Positions 1 to 9,939 of a stretch of 38,238 nucleotides of DNA are shown here, piece by piece. A program made the position numbers and the translations under genes. The notes below the pieces were generated by a model. That model had not been told where the DNA came from. It did not search any database and saw nothing but the letters and a program-made list of their open reading frames with translations. The DNA comes from Octopus bimaculoides (lineage: Eukaryota), in assembly GCF_001194135.2 (NCBI RefSeq), contig NC_068983.1, forward strand, positions 16,174,635 through 16,212,872, written 5' to 3'. Within the stretch, counting starts at the first letter, position 1; the number at the start of each line of letters is the position of its first letter.

Positions 1-43
1 ATACACACATGCTAGCATGGAAAGCGGACGTTAAATGATGATG

Positions 44-110
<67 letters not shown>

Positions 111-227
111 GCTGATATAATATCCGAAAGTGATTACTAAGATCAACCGTGATGGATATAATACCGTAAATTTCAGACTAACAGAAGCACGAGTGAATCT
201 TTTTCTGACATGTTGTGTCTTAAACGA

Positions 228-600
228 CTCAGTCATTTGACTGTGGCCATGCTGGAGCACCGCCTTTAGTCAAGCAAATCGAACCCAGGACTTATTCTTT
301 GGAAGCCTTGTGCTTATTCTATCGGTCTCTTTTGCTGAACCGCTAAGTTACGAGGATGTAAACACACCAACATCGGTTGTCAAGAGATATTGAGAGGGGG
401 ACACAGATACACAAACATACATATATATATACATAGATACGACGGGCTTCTTTCAGTTTCCGTCTACCAAATCCACTCACAAGGCTTAGGTCGGCCCGAG
501 GCTATAGTAGAAGACACTTGCTCACGGTGCCACGCAGTGGGAATGAACCCGGAACCATGTGGTTGGTAAGCAAGCTACTTACCACACAGCCACTCCTGCA
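228..600 (-). mobile_element. tRNA-derived SINE, family 'B' (internal TA/CA microsatellite)
   Basis: Head with A-box TGGCTGTGTGG and B-box GGTTCATTCCC on the minus strand. Related copies at 20695-21310 (+), 26310-26520 and 26870-27000 (-), and 28290-28360 (+). Confidence 0.8.
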
Positions 601-659
601 AGTTATATATATATCCGACAGATTTATTATTTTCCTTTTTCTCGCATTTTTCTGATCTA

Positions 660-786
660 CAGGGTGTCCACAAAGTCTGGGTACATGGGGATTAACACAT
701 ACTTTAAAAAATTATTATTTCTTATTTTTAATTGTTTATGTTATGATTTTATTTACTCCATGTACCCAGACTTTGTGGACACCCTG
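660..786. mobile_element. 127-bp Tc1/mariner-type MITE
   Basis: Perfect 29-bp TIR CAGGGTGTCCACAAAGTCTGGGTACATGG (660-688 / 758-786). TA on the left, CA on the right (altered TA). Confidence 0.85.
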
Positions 787-2602
787 CATAATGAAAACGA
801 AAATCTTCAATTTCCATTTAAAGGATTAAAAACATAAAAATCAATTTCTTAATTCAACAATCAATGGGAGATAACTCTGCTACTACTGGTTCACTAACGT
901 CGAATTTCAGGTGTTTATATCCGTTTCTAAATCAGTCATGATCAGATCGCAGCGCGCAAAACTTTCTGAAAATTACTTGTATCTTATTTTATTTCGGTTT
1001 TTATTAGTGCAGCCCGCCTGATGGTAAGTCATGTCTCATGCGAACCTTTACTCCCAAAATGTCTTTTCTAAATCTACAGCGGGAAAAGATTTTTTTTTTT
1101 AATCATGCAATGTATGGGAGATAATTGCGCTAATGCTGGTTTACCAACAGCGATTTCTGATATCTTTCATTTTTTTAATTAATTTACATTTATAACTAAT
1201 TTCCTAAAGTATACAATCAGTCAATGATGATATTCACTGCCAGTACAAAGTTAAAATTTTCTCTGTTCAAAGTTTGTCCTAAACGTCAATGCTTATTTTC
1301 CGACTTATAACTTTCGTTTCATACGTCCTGAGTAATATAAAGCTTTCCTTTCATAAGTCCTAAGTTATCTAATAGTTGAAAAAAAAATCGTAATGTGTAT
1401 CATATATAATGCCAGTGAAACACGGGTTAAAATCTGTATTATTGTATTCGTTAAATCTTTCACCGCTAATACAGCTTTCATACTGCCATATAAGTTTGCA
1501 GTCTGTCTTTTACAATAGTTTATGCCCACAGACGAAACAGCTCCCTATATTTCCTGATAACTTCTAAATTATTACTACAATCATATCCAGTAGTCACAAC
1601 TGTGATTAAGAAGTTCGTTTCTCAACCACGTGGTTTCAGTTTCAGTCCACTGCGTGACACCTGTAGTAGTATTTTCTACTATATAGCCAAGAAGCAGATC
1701 AAATAAACGTGCTTGTTAGTTCGTGCATTTCTCGTTTGGCCTGTACGTTGGTTCGTTAATTGTAAACAAACACTTTGTTTTTCAACGGTGTCATTTGCTT
1801 GCAGTCTACTGGGTAATCACATCCGGGTTTCTTGACACGCTGGACGATCTTTGTAAACAAAAGACGCATTCATTCGGTTTCAGTTGGTTCCTGGTTCCAG
1901 TTCTCCACTTAAACATGTCCAGGCTGAATCTTGTCTGATAGGCAACAAACAATATTACCTCCCATGGAAACAAGTAGGGGTTGACTACAGGAAGGGCATC
2001 TGGCCGTAGAAAACTCTGCCCCAATAAACTATCATTTGATCCATTCAAATATGGAAAAGTTGACATTAAAACAATGATGATGATGAATCACCTCCAGCCA
2101 TAATTATCCTACATAAATTAAAGAAATCAACTATCATTTTTTTAAAGCTATCTGAGTAGTTCATGAGTATTCATACTATTAACTATTCCTGTATATATTT
2201 TGCTATAAGTCCAGGTTTCTCATAAGTCTGTTAAGAATTCCATCACCTTATTTTTTTATAACACCATTGTACAGTATTGAGTTCATCCTTACACTTTTCT
2301 TACATATTCAACAAAGCCGCTTCCCAGGTGGAGAGGGGGGGGTTGTTACAAATCAAAATATTTTTGATTGTTACACTTTTTACCTTGGTACTATTCTTTT
2401 TGGATGGGTTGATGCATACAAGCATACGTGTATGTAGACAGATGGTGATGATGGTGGTGGTGGTGATGATGGTGGTGGTGTTGACAATGATGATGGTGAT
2501 GATGCTGACAATGATGAAAACAATAATGAAAACAATGACATTGATCAGGATTTTGACAGGATTTTCCAATGACCCCTTTCGTTATAAATCCAAAGAATTC
2601 AC

Positions 2603-2808
2603 CTTGAAAAGCTCTGGTTGTTCAGCAAAAACATCCTTCACATATTTGTAGTCAATGTAGGCCCAAAGTTGGTCAGGAGAGCAGTGTGACATAGACTCAG
2701 GTAGGAACTGGTTTGGTGTTGTTGCCTCACCATAGACCCAATCCAGCAGGTCATCAAGGGACACACTGTGGTGGATACTATCCTTTTCCCATTGGATTTC
2801 TGAACTTT
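2603..2808 (-). CDS. HSPBAP1: HSPBAP1-like coding exon 2 (ESSEIQWEKDSIHHSVSLDDLLDW...QLWAYIDYKYVKDVFAEQPELFK)
   Basis: tcttcttttgcag acceptor and AAG|gtgaat donor; 206 nt, phase 1/0, compatible with the preceding exon. WAYIDYKY matches HSPBAP1 WAYADYKY. I found no later JmjC exons (HxD motif) in 1-2600, so the gene continues off-window. Confidence 0.85.
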
Positions 2809-3910
2809 CTGCAAAAGAAGACAGAAAAACTGAAGCTGGTTATGATAATGGGTGGTAGTGGCAACAGGATGGTAGTAATAGTGATGGTGGTGGTTGTCAT
2901 CGTCACTGTGATAACAGGGGGGGATACTGTTGTAATGGCTGTAATGGGGGTGATACTGTGTTGTTGGCACTCCGTCGCTTACGACGACGAGGGTTCCGGT
3001 TGATCCGANNNNNNNNNNNNNNNNNNNNNNNNNNNNNNNNNNNNNNNNNNNNNNNNNNNNNNNNNNNNNNNNNNNNNNNNNNNNNNNNNNNNNNNNNNNN
3101 NNNNNNNNGTTTTGGCAGGGTTTTTACAGCTGGATGCCCTTCCTAACACCAACCACCTTATAGGGTGGGCTGAGTGCTTTTACAAGGCACCAGCACAGTA
3201 AAAAAATAAGATAGCTAACTTCTTTGATATAGCCTTGAACGTTAGCTTTGGCTTATTCTACCCATATATATATATGTATATGTGTCTCCTTGCTTTGACA
3301 TCCTGGGATAATAAACTAGCAAATGGACTCTTTCATTTCCAGTCTTCCATAAAAATTTGCTCAGCCATGTGGAAATATAAGCTTGCTAAAAATAGATAAG
3401 GGTTGGAGTCAGGGCATCCAACTGTAGAAAATATGCATCAACAAATTCCATTTGAGCCATGCTCGCATGGAAAAATGGTTGTTAAAACGGTAACCTTGAT
3501 GATGATGATGATGATATTATACCTTTCTTAGTTTTGTCTGAATGTTGTCCAGGTGAGTGATTGCAAGTCTGTTTAATTATATTCTCCATTTAATCAGTTA
3601 TGTTCATTGAATGCTATTGAGATATCATACCCAAGATATTTGATGTTACCTAGAATTTTATATTTTTTAAATGATGTGATGTGAGATATAATTGGTTACT
3701 GTTGTTTAGTCTAAGGTTAGCACAGTTGAGATCTAAGTTTATGATGAAAGGCATTCCAGTCACAATGATCCTATTTTTTGTATATTGGGAGTTATATTAT
3801 CCAATGTAGCCTTCTTTACAGAAGATGGTAGAGTATGAGTTAAAGGAGTTTTGGTTGCTATTTCTAGCAAGTTAAGTATCTGGCAAGAGTCTCTCACTTG
3901 GTGTTTTTAT

Positions 3911-4318
3911 CCCTTTTGTTACCATTGTGGCAATTAAATTTGAAAATAATAGAGTTTAGTAAAATAATTTTAATTATTAAGCTGGTATTTGGAACATAAA
4001 TTGATTTCAAATTCTGGCACAAGGCCAGCAATTTCAGGGGAGGGTATCAATTACATCAATACCAGTGTTCAATTGGTACTTATTTTATCAACTCCAAAAG
4101 GATGAAAGGCAAAGTCAACCCCTGCAGCATATGAACTCTAAAGGTAAAGTCAGAAGAAATGCTACAAAGCAATTTTTCTGGTGCAATAATGATTCTGCCA
4201 GACACCACCTTTATTTGGAATAGAGATTAACAAGAAACTTTGATAGAAGATTCTAATTCGTATCTCTTTAAAACAGGAAGAATCAGAGGCAGTCTCAGGT
4301 AGGTTGGTATCAAAGGGG
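3911..4318. mobile_element. piggyBac-type MITE with a nested family 'C' SINE
   Basis: CCCTTTTGTTACC ... GGTATCAAAGGGG ends. The body resembles 13119-13410; SINE insert at ~4015-4205. Confidence 0.65.
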
Positions 4319-4417
4319 TTTAAAGTGTGATTACCTGTCTGGCTTAGTCAATGACAAGTAAGTTATTTAGTAAACATTGAGGTAGGTGAGGAAGCTGATA
4401 TCCTTTGCAGTACTTAC

Positions 4418-4634
4418 CTTGAAAACAAGGAAGACAACCCAGTCTACACGTGACTGACTTCCCATTCAATAATTTAGCCAGATGACGTGGTTTCCATGAT
4501 GAGGCTGGCCAGTGTGAAATCATGTTACAGAACACTAATGGTCTATTTAATGTAGAAGATTCCACAAGATGTGATGTTGTCAGAATATCCTTTCTACTCT
4601 CTGCAATCCTATTTAGACAGACATTTCCATCCAT
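4418..4634 (-). CDS. HSPBAP1: HSPBAP1-like JmjC protein, first coding exon (MDGNV...LNRPLVFCNMISHWPASSWKPRHLAKLLNGKSVTCRLG..)
   Basis: PLVFCNMISHWPA..W...L..LLNGK resembles the HSPBAP1 segment PAIFCNMVFDWPARHWNAKYLSQVLHGK. Acceptor tttttctctag lies 15 nt before the ATG (exon starts 4649); CAAG|gtaagt donor, phase 1. Confidence 0.8.
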
Positions 4635-5187
4635 AATTCGTTCAATACTCTAGAGAAAAATAAGAACATCATTGGTTTTTAAATCAATCTTTTTGATACA
4701 ATATGGGCGCAACATAGTCACTTGACTTGATTTTAGAATATAATAGTGTTTGAATAAAAAATATAAAAAGAAGTGAGTCCTCTGGATATTACTGCCTTGA
4801 GTCTTAGGACTCATATGGCAGATTATTCAGTTCCCTTGGCATATAAGTGACCAGGATCACAAGATTCCCACTGAATGGGATTCAGGGTTACTCATTTACG
4901 ACTGAGAAGACTGGAACAATGCAAGATAAAGTGTTTTGCTCAAGAACTCAACACACCACCTGGTTAAGAAATTGAAACCACAATCATGCAATTGTAAGTA
5001 CAACACTAGGCCATGTGCCTTCACAATTAATTACAGGCAGAGATTTACTTTGTGTTTAATTTTATATACAGATAAAAGACAAAGTTGACTCCTTATCTCA
5101 GTGGGATTTCATATATCATTATAGCTAAAAGCAGAAACAGATTTTCTGTTAGTAAAATACAGTCCAGCAGCTAAGTTTGTCTCATAC

Positions 5188-5263
5188 CTGTTGACATTAC
5201 AGAAATTCTGTTCTCTTTATCTATTTTTGGTTCTCAAACAATAAATCTCATTTTTGCAGTGGC
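5188..5263 (-). other. Candidate non-coding 5' UTR exon of the HSPBAP1-like gene
   Basis: On the minus strand: ttcatttaag acceptor, 76 nt, strong CAG|gtatga donor. An in-frame TAA leaves ATG 4634 as the start. No transcript evidence. Confidence 0.35.
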
Positions 5264-5499
5264 CTTAAATGAATCAATGTTTTATATTAAAATGAAAAAA
5301 TCAGTGAGACCCATTCACTTGCTAAAATATTAATGTTACTCCAAGTGCAATATTTTAAGCATAAATGTTCTCATTTTCCTAAATGAATGGAGTACCAGAG
5401 ACTAACAGTGTCTTTTCATACACTGTCGCAACATAGTTTACATGAAGTCTTCAATTTTATTTTATTTCACCATAAACTCTATGCATTTGATAATATGGA

Positions 5500-5890
5500 T
5501 CACTTAAAGTGGATGGAACTTGTGGAAGAGCAAGATCCAGGAAGACACGGGATGAAGTACTGAAGGCCTATTTCAAGGCACTGAGCCTTACAAAACAGAT
5601 GACAAAGGACAAAGATATCTGGCGCCTTGCTATACTCAATAAGACTTGCACACCATTGCAGAACTGATATCCGAAACCACCTTGGTTAATGCTCCAAGCT
5701 GAAGAGGGCTTTGTCTTGCGAATTACTTGGTAACCCTGTCGGTGCTGGTTGCACATAAAAGACCTGTACCAATGCCATGTAAAAGGCACCTCTACCAGTG
5801 TCACGTAAACAGCACCTGTGTCGATGCCATATATAAAGCATCTGTGCTGGTACCATGTAAAAAGCACCCAGTACACTCTGTAAAGTGGTT
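5500..5890 (+). mobile_element. RTE-clade LINE 3' fragment (ORF end plus repetitive 3' UTR)
   Basis: 5500-5667 reads SLKVDGTCGRARSRKTRDEVLKAYFKALSL..MTKDKDIWRLA, a decayed RTE GxxGRGRPRKTW C-terminus. It is followed by tandem ccatgtaaaaagcacc units. Confidence 0.8.
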
Positions 5891-6108
5891 CAGCAGTTAA
5901 ACTGACCATAAATATTCTACCTCTTTTATAGATATTTTCGATCTAGTTTGGATTCTTTGCAATCAAATTTGAATTTTTCAAAGGAACTTTGTAAGACAAG
6001 CTAAAACGCAGAAAACGGTAGAAAGTAGGAGTCTCCATCCCCGAAAGAATATTCGATGACCACAAATCAATTCGAAGCTACTTCCCCGAAATTGGTGCTC
6101 AAGCCTTG

Positions 6109-6146
<38 letters not shown>

Positions 6147-6753
6147 TCAAACTACGTCAGCCATAAGGGAATACATGTCTGTCTTATTTAACTCGTCCAA
6201 TGGAGCCCACTGTTACTCGAACTTCGATCTAACCCTGAGCGTGGGACAACAAACTCGAGTTGGATAAACTCGAATAGTAAGCTCTTTAATCTTTATAACT
6301 GTTTTATGAAGTCACTTTTTTTTGTTAAAAAACTGTTCAATTTGTAGCTCCTCAAAGCGAAAGGGCTGGTTCTTTTAATGTCACTTTTGGGTAAAGTTCG
6401 AATAGAAAGCCCAAATAGCATAGTTCTTGAAGGAAAACTCTGCAGCTATCAAGAACTTATGAGCATTACTTTTGCATAATACTATTACTAACAGCAATTC
6501 ACCATACGTAGGCATAAAGGAAAAAAATGAGCTCATACTAATCCTGATATCAAGACCTGCCTGAATGTGTCCACGTGTTATCCAAGACACGTGCATGCCA
6601 TGTACAACAGACAGTCTAGTTAAGACATACCACAGGGGGAGGAAGGATGTAGCATAAACCCGCGCTTTAAAGCAATTTTATGCAATTTTGGGGGGAGGGG
6701 GAGGGGTGAAATTACCCTTATGATCAGCAATTGTTGATTTAAATCAAACAAGG

Positions 6754-6759
6754 TTTATT
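6754..6759 (-). terminator. AATAAA poly(A) signal downstream of the transposase
   Basis: About 100 nt after the TGA and just inside the left TIR. Confidence 0.4.
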
Positions 6760-6858
6760 AGCTATCCTGAGATAAGGCTTTTTAAATTTTCCCAACTGAT
6801 ATTTCTCGAAAAAAAGTTGCAGTTTGTGAAAATGTATAAATTATTTTGAATGAACAGT

Positions 6859-7533
6859 TCAAGCATACGCAAAAAATAGAGAAAGAATGATCTCCGCTTG
6901 TTCAGACAGGTCGACGCAACGGAGCATCTTTTGGTAGAAGCTATCGTAGTGTTCAGGAGTTATTTCATCAAACTTTTCAGATATCAATTGGTAAAGCTCC
7001 GGCTCGTTCTTTGCCTCGCCTTGGATAACCGAGTGTTTCCAAACGGAGAAAATGTTCTCAATTGGGTTTAGGAAAGGCGAATATGGAGGCAGAAAGAACA
7101 TGGTAATGCCAAGTTCCTTAATAGTATCTGCCAGTCCATGATAATGGTGGATCCTGGCGTTATCAAGGATGAAGACAGGATTGTTGGTTTCGTTGTGGGT
7201 GCACCGTTGGTGAATCTCGATCAAACATTCTTTGAACCTTTCTCCGTTTATGTCCGTTTCAAAAACTTGATGAAAAATCATCCCATATCGATTCATGGCT
7301 GCAACAACCGAGATATTTCGGCTGCGTGCAGCCGGAACAGAGATATATAGGGAGTTTCCGAACTGGGCTCGCCCCTTTCTAGGACACGTCACCACTGCAA
7401 ACTCCACTTCGTCGAGGAACACAAAGTTTCGGTCGTATAAATCCTCTGATCGTTGGCAAAACAATTGAGCATATTCCATTCGCAGGTTCAAAGCCCGTTC
7501 ATTGTTTCTCTTCATAGGAACTGTAACGAGAGC
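6859..7533 (-). CDS. Transposase exon 2, DDE catalytic domain, DD34E spacing
   Basis: ttttcatttaag acceptor, phase 0. Motifs FLDEVEF, FILDNARIH and FLPPYSPFLNPIE, with 34 residues between D and E; TGA at 6859. Spliced product is 343 aa. Confidence 0.9.
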   Translation of the reverse strand, partial: ALVTVPMKRNNERALNLRMEYAQLFCQRSEDLYDRNFVFLDEVEFAVVTCPRKGRAQFGNSLYISVPAARSRNISVVAAMNRYGMIFHQVFETDINGERFKECLIEIHQRCTHNETNNPVFILDNARIHHYHGLADTIKELGITMFFLPPYSPFLNPIENIFSVWKHSVIQGEAKNEPELYQLISEKFDEITPEHYDSFYQKMLRCVDLSEQAEIILSLFFAYA

Positions 7534-7743
7534 CTTAAATGAAAAACAGACATGTAAGTGCAAAAACTAAGTGAAATTATAATTTTCTAACTGGCCATAG
7601 TGAATGAAAACCGACTGCGGTTGTATACATGAAATGTGGCAAACCTCTGCATATGTCATTTTCTATTGTTTAAATTCTTATTTCAATGAATACGTTCCCA
7701 CCTCTCTCAAAGAATAAAACGATAAAGGAATGAAAGGGCATAC

Positions 7744-8100
7744 CTTCAATGTGTAGTGGAATTCTTTCAGTACCCTGTCAACACAGCTGATGCTGACTTT
7801 GACTCCGAGCTCCTCTTGAACACGGGATTTGATGTCTTGCAGACGTAGTAAGCAATTAGCATCTACCCATGACAAGATGATCTCTTTCTGTTCATGTGTG
7901 AGAATAGATCTCTTGTCTCCGCCTCTTTTTCTGGCAGCAGAAGAACCAGTCTCGTTGAAACGTTTGATTATGTTCCAAACAGTGGTGTATTTAAGGGAAA
8001 AATGTCGTGCGATATCCTTTACACCCATTCCGGAGCGTGATTTTTCGCAAATTCTTCTTCGTTTGTCGTCGGAAATCTGGGTATAAATCTTTCGGTTCAT
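7744..8100 (-). CDS. Transposase exon 1, HTH DNA-binding region (MNRKIYTQISDDKRRRIC...KDIARHFSLKYTTVWNIIKRF...EFHYTLK)
   Basis: ATG at 8100; paired-like HTH pattern and KRGG linker; AAG|gtatgc donor, phase 0; 119 codons. Confidence 0.85.
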
Positions 8101-8184
8101 GACGAAAATTGAGAGCGTATGTATGCAATGAGCAGAAAAGTTAAATGTAATTGGACAATCAGGACCATCAGCTTTGAATACAAA

Positions 8185-8191
8185 TTTTATA
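8185..8191 (-). promoter_or_regulatory. TATA box (TATAAAA) upstream of the transposase
   Basis: About 90 nt upstream of ATG 8100 on the minus strand. Short motif in AT-rich DNA, supported only by its position. Confidence 0.4.
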
Positions 8192-9897
8192 ATGAACGGG
8201 CTGATAAACATACACGCGTTGTCATTTCACCATTCCCACGTGGACGCATTCAGGCAGGTCGTTATATCAGGATTAGTATGAGCTCATTTTTTTCTTTATG
8301 CCTACGTATGGTGAATTGCTCTTAGTAATAGTATTATGCAAAAGTAATGCTCATAAGTTCTTGATAGCTGCAGAGTTTTCATTCGAGAACTATGCTATTT
8401 GAACTTTATCCAAGAATGACCTTAAAAGAACCAGTCTGTTCACTTTGAGGAGCTGCAAATTGAACAATTTTTTAACAAAAAAAATTGACTTCATAAAACG
8501 GTTAGAATGAGCAAAGAGCGTACTATTCGAGTTTATCCAACTCGAGTTTGTTGTCCCAAACTCAGGGTTAGATCGAAGTTCGAGTAACAGTGGGCTCTAC
8601 TGGACGAGTTAGATAAGATAGACATGTATTCCCTTACGGCTGATGTAGTTTGATTTTTCTTTCTTTTTTTTTTTTTTTTTTTTCTCAAGGCTTGAGCACC
8701 AATTTCGAGAAACTAGCTTCGAATCGATTTGTGGTCATCGAATATTCTTTCGAGGATGAAAACTCCTACTTTCTACCGTTTGCAAACACTTCAGCGCATG
8801 CCTGTTGACCGTTTTCTGCGTTTTAGCTTGTCTAACAAAGTCCCTTTGAAAAATTCAAATTTGATTCAATTTGCAAAAAATTCGGATCTATTTTAAAACG
8901 GGGGCCACAGTTTTCATTAATGTTTTACGTAGTGTTTTTGGTACCGAAAGACTTTCAAACTTCGTATACTTATCTATTTTGTGTTATAGAACAGAAAAAT
9001 ATTTTTGTATTCCAATTTATTTCATGTNNNNNNNNNNGGTACCGAAAGACTTTCAAACTTCGTATACTTATCTATTTTGTGTTATAGAACAGAAAAATAT
9101 TTTTGTATTCCAATTTATTTCATGTAAAAAATTGTCTTATTTCGATAATTTCAACCAATCACTGACAAGTATTCAGTTGTTTGCAAAAAATTCAAATTTG
9201 ATTGCAAAGAATTCAAACTAGATCGAAATCATCGATAAGTTCAAACTAGCGAGAACTGGTTTCTCACATCTCCCCTACAATGTTATTCCAAAAATAGATA
9301 ATCACATCAATGGAATCTCGAAGCTACGAGATAATGCAGGATTAATTCAAAATGATGTGAATAAATAAACTTTAGATTTGATAACGTAGGCAGAAATATT
9401 TAGCTGCAATAGTTTCAGCAACTTCACTTAAGTCGATATTTTTACGAACAGAATGAATGTCTCAGTCTCTCATATTTCCTTAATATATAAATGCAAGGTA
9501 ATCAACCTCTGCGTGATTGTTTGACCACTAGAAGTTGCTACCACATCTCTCAAATAACACCCTACTGTTTTGGTAAAAAAGAAGAGGACACACTAAATAA
9601 TGTTGTCTTATATACCCCTAAAAGGACGGGTTGGTCACGGGTGGAATATCTCTGACCGTACATCTCTTTAACCATAGTTAATCTGGGCAAAAATTTTATA
9701 CATAAAATTGTTGAAGAACAGCAATATTTCGGATAAACAATTAAAACCACCAAACAAAGGAATCCAGTACAACAAATAGCATCGGTATACATACAAGAAG
9801 TGTGGAAATATTTAGGTTTTGTAAAATTATTTACTGTTTTTGCAGATGTGGAATTGAGTTCTTCCCTCTTAAAAGATGTAAACAAATAAGTAGAGGT

Positions 9898-9906
9898 CAC
9901 TTCCGG
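9898..9906. promoter_or_regulatory. ETS/GABP-type motif CACTTCCGG in the PSMD10 proximal promoter, possibly bidirectional
   Basis: Exact CCGGAAGTG match 34 nt upstream of the PSMD10 ATG, in a locally CpG-richer stretch. Confidence 0.5.
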
Positions 9907-9939
9907 TGTTGACGGTAGTGACATCATCGATAAACAAGC

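Larger units (their letters stand above)
5929..9235 (-). mobile_element. IS630-Tc1-mariner DNA transposon with long TIRs
   Basis: 5929-6577 is the reverse complement of 8237-8867 plus 9186-9235, about 90% identical by eye with several indels; the poly-A at 6109-6143 is mirrored by poly-T at ~8665-8683. Candidate TA target duplication at 5927-5928 and 9236-9237. Transposase lies between the TIRs. Confidence 0.9.

Noticed and set aside
1224-1331. Box C/D snoRNA-like ATGATGA...CTGA
   Set aside because: No terminal stem, no recognisable rRNA guide, and it is antisense to the host intron.
2277-3003. Overlapping ORFs rich in M/V/H/T/I
   Set aside because: These are translations of (GAT/GGT)n arrays. 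Only the minus-strand 2603-2808 segment has splice sites and homology.
8940-9125. Exact 88-bp direct repeat (8940-9027 / 9038-9125)
   Set aside because: The identical copies sit on either side of a 10-N gap, the typical sign of an unmerged contig overlap.
9562-9927. 121-aa minus-strand ORF in the promoter region
   Set aside because: No recognisable homology or coding signature. It may overlap an HSPBAP1 leader exon, but I could not define one.
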